Shown here: piece after piece, positions 24,614 through 37,109 of the stretch
Numbering within the stretch: the stretch's first letter is position 1
How the letters are laid out: each line of letters opens with the position of its first letter
NCBI GenBank assembly: GCA_047495785.1
Contig: JBLDXI010000002.1
Coordinates: forward strand, 2,046,001-2,110,000
From: Lepidodermella squamata
Taxonomy: Eukaryota > Animalia > Gastrotricha
DNA: 64,000 nucleotides
Reading direction: 5' to 3'
Program-made: the position numbers and the translations under genes
Notes under the pieces: generated by a model
The model's database searches: none
The model's input: the letters and a program-made list of their open reading frames with translations, nothing else
What the model was told of the DNA's origin: nothing

Positions 24614-25292
24614 CTAGCGTCCTGTGTTACCGGAGTTCCCAGCTGTGCCAGCTGGTAGAGGCGCAGTTGTTGCGGGTACAGTCTGTTTTTTCTGATTTGC
24701 ATTGGTGTCAAACTCGTCCTCGTCGTCCTTCCACGATTCTTGAACGATAGCTTGCACCCGCTTTTCGTACTCGCGCCGGTTTTCGCGATATAGCTGAGCT
24801 GCTTCGCTATTTGCGGGCGAGTTGGGATTTGGATCATGGAGGAGGGATTGGATCGAGGTAAGAATGGCTGATACATCGTATGTTGGACTCCACCGATTTT
24901 GCAAAATGTCGAGGCATATACTTCCATCCGCGTACACTGTAATAACACCGATGTTTATCAGTAATTACTGAATACTAAAAATTATGAGCTTCAATACCAT
25001 TCGGATGGAACATTTTGCTTAGAAAGCGCACTGTCGGAGGTTTGTTCGGATATTCTTCCGAAAATTCGAGGATGAGTTTGAAAGTGCCGTCCTCGAATGG
25101 AGTATCCTGTGGACCAAAAATTACAGCATTCCATGCCATGATGTTGTTATCGGTCGGCGCACCGCTAACACCGGCGGGAGGATCATCTTGCAACCTAAGG
25201 AGGCATACCATTTAATCAAGTTACACTATTGTTATAAGCCAATGGCACCTTTTAAAATCACGCATCAAACGCCGACGAGCTGGAGTAGACAT
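24614..25292 (-). CDS. UBE2A: Ubiquitin-conjugating enzyme E2 Rad6/UBE2A-B (exons 25292-25249, 25194-24998, 24936-24614)
   Basis: [28 protein letters not shown]...[37 protein letters not shown]; catalytic Cys intact. Confidence 0.96.
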
Positions 25293-26510
25293 TGCTAATA
25301 GATACTATTAATAAAAAGTTTCTACGGATAAGAAAATATGAAATAACATCAGAGATTACATATGCGTAATTGACGATTAAATCAGTCTCAATCGTTGAAA
25401 TTCAACTGACGAATATTATTTCAACGTTCGGCTCCCCTCATATTAATCTAAATGAGAAATTCGCGAAACTTAGTCGCGTTGAAATATTCGCCACAACAGA
25501 TACCATATACCATATAAACAAATGGTATACAGAAAGCAAGGACGCGTCTGTTTTAGAATAGGTAATTCGAAAATAAATGGTGAAAATAAGTGATTCGACA
25601 TACGGCATAATTTAATGCAGAATACGGAGTTGGAAGTAGAGGATGAACAGACATCGACTAAGAATGTGGAACGAGGCGCGTGGACATTCGCAATATTAGA
25701 GGTAAGAGGTAAGAATGAAGCTGATTATTATTCTTTACTCAGGAGTAAACGATCATGAGCAGGAATAAATTTAAATAAAACTGCTGCTAGCTGCTAATTG
25801 CTCAATGCGTACTGCAAGTTCGATTGACTTGCTTCAAAACCTAAGAATGATGAAACTAGAAAATAATGATGCAGTGATGGCGGAAACTCTACTTTAAATA
25901 GGCAGAATGAGTCATTTTGGTGCATTTTCTAGAACAGAAAACTGAGCTGAAATCAGGCAACAGGCATGACAATTAAGAGCCAAAAGCCAAAAGTTGTTGC
26001 GTACATTCTATTCATCATCAAGATTTGGCATTCACGGGATCGTTCACTCGGACCCTGTTGCGCGCACAAAAAAGGCCGAGAAAGGTCAAATTTCGAAAAT
26101 AAAAAGTTTCCAATGCCAAGAGAACATTCAATTTGCAATTTGGAAAAATTACCTAATAATAAATGTCAATATTTGAAATCTCGAAAAATATATCGCAAAA
26201 AAACGAAAAGCAAACAACTTTTTTAAGGTCTGCGGTGCCTGGCCGCTTTGCAGGTGTGGCACACGAAAGTTCTTTAGGTTTGAGAGGCTTCGCTGTTGTC
26301 TACTGTCTACCGATTACGTAATTTGCAAACCGTTAGATCTTACTTGTAGCAATTATGATTCCTCCAATTGCGCTTTTCCTCAGTTCAGATCCCAGAGCGC
26401 AGAGCGATCATCAGCTGATTTTTTGAGGGGTTCATACTCGATAGCCAAAGGCCGACAGTGTTTAATAATAACAATTTTATTTTATGTTTCTTAGAGCGCC
26501 TTCTTTAGAA

Positions 26511-29500
26511 ATGGTGATTGCATCCGGAGTGAAGATTGTCTCTGCACATCGGACCCGCCAGAGTGTGACCTATTTGTCGCATCGAGCGTTATGCTCCATT
26601 GCACCACCCCTTCCTCCGCCACCACTCGGTCGTGTTCTCGCGATTCGGCGAGAAGATCAATCTGTATGGGAACGTCGTGCTCCTCTAGCCCCTCACCATG
26701 TTCGAGAACTCGTCAAGAACGGTGTGAAAGTCATTGTTCAGCCGTCGAATAGACGTGCATATACAATGGGCGAATATCAAGGCGCCGGCGCGGTGATTCA
26801 AGAAGATCTATCAGAATCTCCGTTAATTCTTGGCGTGAAGCAAGTACCGATTGACGCGTTAATTCCCAACAAAACATACGTCTTCTTCTCGCACACAATC
26901 AAAGCGCAACAAGCTAACATGCCACTGCTGGATGCAGTGTTAGAAAAGCAGATTCGTTTGATTGACTACGAACGTTTAGTTGATGAGAGAAACCAGCGGT
27001 TGGTTGCTTTTGGTCAGTACGCTGGTGTGGCTGGTATGATCAACATTCTTCACGGCATCGGCTTGCGATTGCTTGCTCTGGGTCATCACACCCCTTTTAT
27101 GCATATCGGTCTCCCTCACAACTACCGTAACTCTGAAATGGCTAAAGCAGCTATTCGAGATGCTGGCTACGAAATTGCTCGCGGTCGAATGCCAGCATCG
27201 TTAGGGCCCTTGACATTCGTTTTTACGGGCACTGGAAATGTTTCTCGAGGTGCTCAGGACGTGTTTCAAGAACTTCCTCACGAATATGTCGAACCTTCCA
27301 CTTTGGCAAGGGTGGCTCAACACGGCTCGACGAAAAAAGTTTACGGCTGTGTGATCACTAAACAAGACTATTTGGTTCGGAAGCCTCCTAGTGACATTCC
27401 TGAATCTCTGATCGCACAATCGCCTTCTTCGACTGGCCATCCTCTTTCAAGCGTGTCGAATCACTTCGATAACGAAGAATTCGAAGCTCACCCTGAACGA
27501 TACGTCAGTGTTTTTGCACAGAAAATCGCCGCTCATGCCAGTGTCATTGTCAACGGTATTTTCTGGACACCGAAAATGCCTCGGCTGATTTCGCTGGGTG
27601 AAGCAAAGGGCTTGATGCGGCCGTCGGCCATGCCGTTTTTGCCTGAGAGACCAGGCTGTCCCCGTTTACCCCATCGTCTTATCGCCATTTCGGATATCAG
27701 TGCTGATCCGGGAGGTTCGATTCAGTTCATGAACGACTGCACGTCCATCGATGCACCGTTCCAGCTGTATGACGCTGATCAAGTAAGCCTTATTTCTACA
27801 TTTTAGACCGAATTCTCAGAGCTTTCCATTACTAAATTTGAATATTTTCCCTGTCGTTGCTTTTATTTTCGCGATTGAAGTTATTGAATGAGGAATTTTC
27901 TAGGATCCATTCTTTTCAGTAAGGTTTTTTCTGACGAAAAGCATTGAAAATTGAATTAAAGCAAGGAGGGTCATCAGAATTCGTGAATTCCCAGAGGGTT
28001 CGGATATTTTCTTATACATTTCTTTAATTAGCATGTTGGGAATTCGCTCACAAAATATAATATTTGTTTGTTTTTCGCTCCTAGCATGTTCACAGTGGAA
28101 GCTTTGCCGGCCCTGGCGTCTTGGTCTGCTCGATCGACAACATGCCGACACAACTACCACGCGAAGCCACCGACTTTTTCGGTTCTCTGCTCTTCCCATT
28201 CGTCGGCGATTTCTTGAAAAGTGACGCCACGACTCCATTGGAAAAATTCGACGGCGCATCGCCGGTTAAAAAGGCTATTATCGCTTCCAATGGCGAGCTG
28301 GCCCCCGACTACCGCTACATTGCCGCTCTTCGCGCCTCTCGCAGACAGCAACAGAGATTGAACGATGAAAATCAGCAAAACTCAACGCAAGTCACGGAGC
28401 AGAAGGGCAAGAAGGTTTTGATCCTCGGGGCCGGATTTGTCGCCTACCCGGCTGTTGAATACCTGGCTAGAGATTCGAACCTACGCTTAACAATTGCCTC
28501 GCAGTTGATGGACGAAGCTAGTCGATTGGCGAGCCGATTCCCGGCTGTTGAACCGGTCCTGTTGGACGTCTCCCAGCGACCTGATGAGCTGGAGAGACTA
28601 GTTAAAGACCACGATTTGGTTGTCTCGCTACTACCAGCCCCGCATCACCCGCCAGTTGCGAGGTTGTGCGTGAAGCATAAGAAAAATTTGGTGACCACAA
28701 GTTACGCCTCGCCTGAAATGCAAGCGTTGGACCGAGCTGCGCGAGATGCCGGCGTCACGCTTTTGAACGAAATCGGCCTCGACCCGGGTATTGACCATCT
28801 GTTGGCCGCCCGTTGCCTCGATGAGATGCGCGAGGCTGGTTCCAGGGTCGAATCTTTCGTGTCATGGTGCGGCGGCCTGCCGGCCCCTGAGTGCTCTGAC
28901 AACCCCCTGCGCTACAAGTTTTCATGGGCCCCGCGAAATGTCATCGCAAATCTGATGCTAGGCGCGCGTTGGCTGCAGAACGGCCAGGTTAGGCAGGTTG
29001 CGGATGGCGGTGCGATTCTTGACGCGGTGACCAATCTGACCTTCCTACCCGGTCTTGCGCTTGAGGGTCTGCCAAATCGCGACAGTTTGCGCTATCAGTC
29101 GGTGTATCAGTTAGGCAAAACGGCACACACGTGCATGCGTGGTACGATTCGGTACCGTGGGTTCATGCATGCGATGAGGGCGATTGTGAAAGTCGGCCTG
29201 GCGTCTGACCGGCCATACCCCAGTCTCCATCCTTCTGCACCAGAAATTGTAAGTTATTGAATGAAATCATATTTTTGCAATGATAGATTGAATGAAAACA
29301 GCATTTGAACGCGGTTTGAAATTTTAGAATTCGAAAATCGATCTCTGATTTATTAGTTCCGTGAATTATTTTCAATTTTTTAAGGTAGCTTATCAGACTA
29401 GCTGATATCTTGAAAGGGTAAAAATCGATCAGACTGCTTCGAAAATCGTTCGAATTGCTGTAATTTGGCATAGGCGTGGCATTCATAATTTTGAGATTTC

Positions 29501-30801
29501 AATTAGGAGTTCAAAGTAATACGAAAGTGGTGATTTGATCATATTCAATTCGTGGCTTCCAAATTTCAAGTTGCAAGGAAACCTGAGCGTAATCAGAGCG
29601 GCGTGGCGAAAGAAAATGACCAGAATAGAAATTATTTTCTTTTATAGAGTAACCAAATCACTTTGCTTCGAATTTTCTTAAAAAATTACTTTTCGTTATT
29701 TTGATGAATCATGTTCGCAAAAGGAAGATCAGGACTTATATTGAAAATCATGCAGAATATTATGGCTATTTATTTTGATGTTTTTTTCAAATTAATCACG
29801 AAGTCTCCAAAATTTTTCAAAGATATTTTAAGGTGGATTTATTTAGTAAGTGATTGTGAGTGATTATCTGTGGTTTCCGTTGAAAGACGAAAAATACGCG
29901 TTTTCAAGTAGGATCTAAGCTGCCATTGGATCGCCTAAAATTGGTTCTTATTTTTATTTTTTTTCAAGATTTTTGGGTAATTTTTTAACTCGGATTTATG
30001 ATTAATTATCGTTTAGTAGGACCATTTATTTGGATTTTTCAAATTGATCATGAAATAACCAAAATTTGTGAAGACATTTTAAGGCGGATTATTTTATTAA
30101 AAATTCGTTTCCGTTGAAAGTGAGGCTCAGCATATATTATATGCCGAGAAATACGCGTTTCGCGCGATCAAGTGGGACCTACGATTGGATCGCCTGTAAT
30201 TATTTTTGCTTATTTTTACTTTTCAAGATATTTTGGTAATTTTTCATCTTTGGTTTATGATTAATTATTGTTTTAGACTTGGCACCGTCTATTGGCCGAG
30301 CTGTGCGGCCGTGACGCCGATATGTTCGACGACACGCTCAAATCGCTGCTCCTTCAACAATACCTCGGCGGCGACGAGACGCTCCTGGCAGTGCTCGTCG
30401 ACCTCGGCCTCCTCGACAACTCGATTGTCGTCGAAAAGCGCGGCACCCCCGTCGACACGCTGGCCTGTTATCTGGCGAAACGGCTCAACTACGGCACAAC
30501 CGACCGCGATTTGTGCCTCCTCCGCCACGACATCTCGGCTGTTACCATCAACGGGCATCGCGAAACGCACTCGTTCACCCTGACCATGTACGGCCAGTTG
30601 CCGACTGAAACGCAACCAGGCGTGACGGCCATGGCGCGGTGCGTTGGCGCGTCGGCCGGCGTGGCGGCTCGCATGCTGCTCGACGGTGAAATCGAACGAA
30701 AAGGCGTTGTTCTACCGGTTACGGCTGATTGCTACAGGCCAATGTTGCACAGACTTGAGAAGGAAGGCATTGTTGCGAAAGAAACCGTCACTCGCCACTA
30801 G
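26511..30801 (+). CDS. AASS: Alpha-aminoadipic semialdehyde synthase (bifunctional LKR/SDH); exons ~26511-27782, 28085-29248, 30277-30801
   Basis: [96 protein letters not shown]. Start codon uncertain. Confidence 0.95.
29765..30276. repeat. Degenerate ~255-bp tandem duplication in AASS intron 2, duplicating the 3' splice-site region
   Basis: Shared blocks tttccgttgaaag, aaatacgcgttt, attggatcgcct, ttcaagat, tttatgattaattat...tttag occur at 29765-30016 and again at 30022-30276. Confidence 0.7.
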
Positions 30802-31584
30802 ATCTGATAAAACTGTCTACCTTAATACAACAGATTTTATTTCGAATCGTTTTCTTCCGAGTATAATAAGAAGTGTTTTGTGGCTCTAATTTCGAGGCTT
30901 TCACTGGTTGGTTGTATATCTAAGAAGTATCATTCCTTCTCGGTTGATGTAATTTTTGAAAATCGAGTGAGCGAAGCAAAAAACGAGAGTAGATCTGATA
31001 TTTCGTTTCTTGGTGATTTGGGTAAAATCATAATATTTTTTCGTCGAATTTTTGTTTCGTTCGAAAGACATAGCTTATTTTTAATGCCGCGTTGTTGTTG
31101 ATTCGTGCAAAGTGCAAGAACATTTGAGGTGTGCTGCTACTGCCATTTTGTTGCGAAAAACTTGTACGTGTGTACCTTAGACGTATTTTGACAGGTGCGA
31201 TGTATATGTTATTATCAATTTCCCTTGAGGATGAGGGTTTAAAACAATAAAAATCGCAAATCTGATATTTTTGTTGGCTTTTATTGAATTATTGTTTCAG
31301 CTCCTGTTTGCAAGAATCCTGATATTGACCGGGGAATTTCAGATTTTTCCCCCGAATTTTCAGCATTTTCCACGTTCTATTGCATGTATAGAACAAGGGA
31401 CAAAATTTAGCTATGTCTCGGAAACAAATTTCATATTATTGATTCGAAATTTCGGGAATTTCATTATGAATTCAAAAATCATAATAAACGAAAGATACTT
31501 ATTTCAGCTTGATTCCCTGGCGAAAAAAATGTGTCGCGACTGGTTTTGAGCTAGAATCGCTAAGCCCGAATGCATAATTTTGTT

Positions 31585-31832
31585 CAGTGGCGTAGCCAGG
31601 ATTTTTTTGGGGTGATAATCCCCCCCCCCCTTTTCCCCTCGGGCTCGAAAAATTGCTCGAAAAAGTCTATTCGCGTGCGAAGAGAGCATTAGCTGACGCC
31701 TTTTTCGGATATTTTAAACCCGAAAATGGGCTTGAAATGCATTAAAATATCATTCATAGGAAAATTGTTGGGGACCACTTTCAGGAATTTTTCGGGTTTT
31801 ATCCCTCGATCCCCCTTCTGTCTACGCCCCTG
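31585..31832. mobile_element. hAT-type MITE, 248 bp
   Basis: TIRs CAGTGGCGTAGCCAG / CTGTCTACGCCCCTG (13/15 match); flanking 8-bp TSD ATTTTGTT / ATTTTATT (7/8). Confidence 0.85.
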
Positions 31833-32243
31833 ATTTTATTGTTCCCCAAGTTGAACTCTTTGGCTCTTTGTGGCACTCAGTCCCATTGTCCTTGTCCTTG
31901 CAGTTTTAGCTTTGATGGCCCTTACATAATTTGCCGGAAAGGCGCACGGGTGGTAAGAGGCTTGCCCCAATATACGGCCGACCCTGCATCGCCTTCATAT
32001 CATCCACCATAGTCGCGGAAGGACAGCTTCTCAGACATCAAAACACGCTTTGAGTTTACAGCATTGAGTTTAAAAATGTCGTAAAAATGTCTTCTCTCTC
32101 GATCGCACCCGAGTGCAGCTGAACAATCCACGTGGGCGTTTAACTTTCAAACTGTTTAGCTAAAAAATGTTGTGCACCTTCATTCATTCATTGTACCGAG
32201 TCTCGTAATTCTTCGTAATTAGCGAGTTGTAGACAATATACAA

Positions 32244-33639
32244 ATGTTGGAGGAAAAAAGCCCAAGTGCTGATACTCATGTAGGAGCGAATAACCTTGCT
32301 ATGAGCGAAGAATTTGAGAATGAGACGGATAGAAAGCGCGGAAAACTTCGCGCCCTGAACCTAGCTGTTATGTGCGTGGCTCTATACGGCTACGGCACAT
32401 GCATTTCGCTGTTCGCGCCGTTTTTCCCGATGCAAGCAAAATCGCGCGGCGTTTCTGAAACTGCCATCGGCCTGATATTCGCATCATACGCAATGGCCAT
32501 GCTATTTGGATCTATAATCAGTGGACTAATGGTTAGGTACCTTGGCCTCAAGTTCATGCGAGGAGCTGGAATGTTCTTGGCTGGCGGTTCCACGATTCTA
32601 TTCGGCTTTCTGGACAAAGCCTCGCCTAGCCCGTGCTACTTATTCATGTGTTTCGCTGTAAGAATCGTGGAAGGCTCAGGTGCGATCATGTACCTCATCT
32701 CCTCATACAGCACTGCGGCAAGTTTATACCCTGAAAGCGTGTCATTCGTGTACGCCATGCTTGAAGCATTCAACACAGCTGGGAGAGTAACTGGTCCTCT
32801 TTTAGGTGGATTCTTGTTCGGCTTAGGTGGATTCTCATTGCCGTTTTTCGTTACTGGCGCTGCGATTTTAGCTATTGGACTGTTAACACTGGCATTTAAC
32901 AGCGAAGAAGTCAAGAAAAAGGAAAGTCTGAATCCAATCTCAAGGACTCTTTACTTCCGAGTCTCCCCTCAAGCCTGGGTGATTTCAGCATCTCAAATAA
33001 TAATAGCAGCACTTGTTTCATTCCCAGAGCCAACACTGGCATTGTACTTGGCCAAGCTGGGCATGGCAAGTGCCCAAGTAGTCGGGGTAATATTCCTGTG
33101 TGGATCGCTTGTCTTCCCAGCGACAAGCCTCCTAGTCGGCAAATTTATCGACAAATTCGAAAATTTAATACCCGAGGTGAGAAAATGCTCAATTTTTATA
33201 CAATTTCTTACATTTCTTGCTGTAATAGGTTTTGATTTCCGGGTCGGTTGTAGGGGTTATTTCAATGTTGTTAATCGGACCTGCCGAATTTATCCAATCG
33301 ATTTTGAAGCCATCGATCGCGTTAACAATCGCTGGCAACACTCTCATGTACCTCGCAATGGCTTTCCTCCTCACGCCGATACCGCGAGCTTTACTGACCT
33401 CGCTTCAAGCAGCTGGCTATCCTGATAATGATGAGACAAACGCATTTATAGCCAGTATTTACATGGGTATGTGGTACGTTGGTGGCAGTTTTGGCCCGGC
33501 TATGGCGGGTGCTCTGGCGGAACATCTTGGATTCGAAAATGCGGCTACAGTTATGGCCGTTGTTTTACTCTTACTAACTTTTATTCACATTTACGGTGCG
33601 AGGCTTAGTAAATTTGATGTCAATAAAGGCAAGTTATGA
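32244..33639 (+). CDS. MFS transporter, SLC18B1-like, copy 3 (one intron ~33177-33228)
   Basis: SLFAPFFP, FGFLD, FPEPTL, GGSFGP motifs; GT-AG intron at the conserved position. Confidence 0.87.
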
Positions 33640-33844
33640 AATAGTTGGAAATTGACAGTCCAAAATTTTTTAGCCTAGTTAAAATTCGGGAAAATTATCA
33701 GAGTAGACAAGAAAACAGGTTGGCTCGTGCCAACATTTTCAAACGCGTGTTGTAGCACAAATTGTTTTTAAAACTCTTTTGGCTTTAAACAAAAATGGCT
33801 AACCAGTCAGCAATTAGATAACTATCATCCAAAATCGAAGTTGG

Positions 33845-35350
33845 ATGACTTTAACGGCTCTAGGCTCATTGGAAGATGAGCACACTTGCAGTGCCAAGCT
33901 GGAATATGGCTCCACATTACTTTTTAGCGAAAAATCGAACAAAATCGATCCTTCCTATGGGTTCCAGGCCAAGAAGAAATTTCTATCGCCCCGAGCTCTT
34001 CGAGCTGTTAATTTTGGCTTGATGTGCTTTTCGCATTTCGCCTATGGGAAGTGCCTCTCACTCTTCGCGCCATTCTTCCCGCCCGAGGCTCATCGAAGAG
34101 ACGTTTCGACTACAACCATTGGCTTGATTTTCGGCTCCTATACTTTGGTCATGCTTCTCGGAACTTTTTTGAGCGGCCTTTTAGTCAGGCATCTCGGTCC
34201 GCAGTTCATGCGTGGCGCTGGAATGTTCATGGCTGGCGGTGCTACTGTTTTATTCGGTCTACTACAGATCTCGCCACCTGGCCACAGCTACGAAATTCTG
34301 TGCTTCGTTGTGAGGGTTGTCGAAGCAACAGGGGCCAGTATGTATATAACAGCTTCCTACAGCATTTCGGCCCTTCTTTACCCGAAACATATCTCCTTTG
34401 TGTATGCCCTATTGGAAGCAGCGCATTCTGCTGGCAGAGTTTTCGGCCCTGTTATTGGAGCGATTCTATACAACTACCTCGGGGTTCACATCCCATTCGT
34501 CGCCCTGGGAACGTTGCTTCTTGCAATCGGGCTAGCCACCTTGATCGCAAATCAAGTTAATTCAAGCTGTCTACCTGACCTTGAGTCATTGATTGAGGAC
34601 GAAAATCCCGAGGGAGAAATTTCTTGGCTCATATATTTCCGAGTTTCTCCACAAGCTTGGCTTCTATCGCTCACTCTCGTGCTTTCATCGTTCTTGGTTT
34701 CATTTACAAAACCAACTCTTTCCCTTCATCTCGAGTCGCTGGGTGTCGTTGATGCCGCGTCCGTGGGTTTCGTTTTCCTGGCTGGATCCCTTGTCTACGG
34801 AATAATGAGCCTTCTCCTAGGGAAGCTGATCGATGAAGTTCCAAAGCTTATGCCTGGGGTACTTTTTCCATAAAATAATGTTTTGGATTCACTATTTATT
34901 GTTTTGTAGATGATGCCTCTTGGAGCTGCCGTAGCCACAATTTCGATGCTTTTGATGGGCCCCACTGAACCACTGCAAGCTTTCATTAAACCCTCGACCG
35001 CAATGACGGCTGCCGGCAACATGTTGCTATGTTTTGGGCTGGCTCTCATCTTGGCACCCATTCCTCGAGCACTTCAAGCCTCTGTTCGTATGGCCGGCTA
35101 TCCAGACGGAATAGAAACTAGTTCGTTAATCGCCGCAGTCTTCAACGGCATGTGGTACGCTGGTGGCAGTTTCGGCCCAGCTATTGCCGGTATCCTAATG
35201 GACTATCTCGGTTTCGCCCTCGCCACCGATGTCATGGCGGGATTTTCGGTTATTCTCATGTTAATTTTGATTATTTCTGCGTTTTCGACCAAATTTGATG
35301 ACAAAAGCTCGACAGCAGACAATTTGAATGATACTTTATTATTGGAATAA
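33845..35350 (+). CDS. MFS transporter, SLC18B1-like, copy 4 (one intron ~34859-34909)
   Basis: Same family motifs; more divergent (FTKPTL in place of FPEPTL). Confidence 0.87.
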
Positions 35351-35488
35351 AAAGTATTTTAATGACGGTTATAAAAAATAGTCTTCTCGACCTAATTTCT
35401 ACGCCTACTCAAAAGATAACTGATATCTCTAAGAAAGACTTGTAGTATCAAACGGGTGTAGTAGCAGTATGTTTACTTTGGTTAAAAA

Positions 35489-37052
35489 ATGGTCAAAAAT
35501 GAGATCAGCGCGTCTACGTCAGTGTCTTGGAGTGTAACTTATGGAACGGTTGACGTATCGACGTCAAGCAATAGCAAAACAGCGCCTGAAGCAATAAGAC
35601 ACCTTAGTTTCAAAGAATGGCTATTCTCCCCGCAAGTTTTGAAGGGGATCAACTTAGGTATCATGCTACTCGCAATTTTCGGCTACGGCATGTGCGTGTC
35701 TCTATTCGCTCCTTTCTTCCCGACTGAAGCTGAACGACGCGGCGTTTCTGCTACAGTCGTTGGCCTAATCTTCGCCTCCTACACCTTCGTAATGTTCGTT
35801 GGCACACCGATAACTGGCGCTATGGTGAAACACTTAGGCCTTCAGTTCATGTTAGGAGCCGGTATGTTCTTGGCAGGAGGCGCGACAGTTCTTTTCGGCT
35901 TCTTAGACACAGCTCCAGCTGGCCCGAGTTACGTCATCCTTTGCTTTGCAGTTCGAATAATCGAAGGTGCAGGGGCTAGTATGTACATGACAGCGTCTTA
36001 CAGCTCATCCGCAGCTCTTTACCCGGATAACATTTCATTCGTCTACGCCCTCCTCGAAATGGCACTGAATGTTGGCCGAATCGTTGGTCCAAGTCTTGGC
36101 GGGGTGTTGTTCAACGCCGGCGGGTTCCCCCTCCCATTTTTCATTGTCGGAGCATTACTTCTTATCTTCGGAACATTATCACTGATCGTGCAATGGTTGA
36201 CCGCTAAAGTTCTCCCAGTCCTTGATTCTATGACGCAAACTAATGAAACAAATTCGGCTAAACCGATTTCTTGGACACTGTACTACAGGGTTTCGATGCA
36301 TGCCTGGGTGCTATCTGCTAGTCAAGTGCTTTCATCCTTTCTATTCTCATTTCCGGAACCAACTCTATCGCTGTACCTCGCTGAACTCGGCCTAACTGAT
36401 GCTGCTTTGGTCGGAGTTGTGTTCCTTGGCGGATCTTTAGGGTACTCGGTCGTTTGCGTCGCATTGGGCAAAATTGCTGATCGATTTCCAAAATACAACT
36501 ATTGGGTAGGATTTCCAATTAATTAATCGATAAAATATAATCTAATAATTTAAATAGATGATGTCTTTTGGAGCGGTCATATTAATCGTCGCGTTCATCC
36601 TTATCGGTCCAGCTCCACCTCTTCAGCCGCAACTACAACCGTCAATCGCCGTAACCGTGGTTGGGAATACGATGATCTATGTCGGGGTCGCTTTCACCCT
36701 ATCACCCGTACCTCAGGCATTACTGTCATCGGTCAGAGCTGCCGGCTACCCCGACGGTATTGAAACAAGCAGTTACATAGCCAGTGTCTACAACGGCATG
36801 TGGTTCGGGGGTGGAGCGTTTGGCCCAGCAGCAGCAGGCGCACTAATGGACGCGCTGGGCTTCGAAATGGCCGCATTTGTCCTAGCAGGAATAGCCCTGC
36901 TCCTATTGATGATTTTGATATCAGGCGAAATTCTGGACAGATGCCGTGTCTGTAAGCAAGTCGGAACGAATAGTAATGACACTACCGCTGAATATACGAG
37001 ATTTCAAGATTCAACACGGTCCGTTTCCATGGCCAGACCTAAATGGAACTGA
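35489..37052 (+). CDS. MFS transporter, SLC18B1-like, copy 5 (one intron ~36506-36557)
   Basis: Same family motifs. Confidence 0.88.
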
Positions 37053-37109
37053 TTAGATAAGATAGCAATATAGTTTCTTTCCATTGAGTAAAACAATTTC
37101 TGAATAAAA

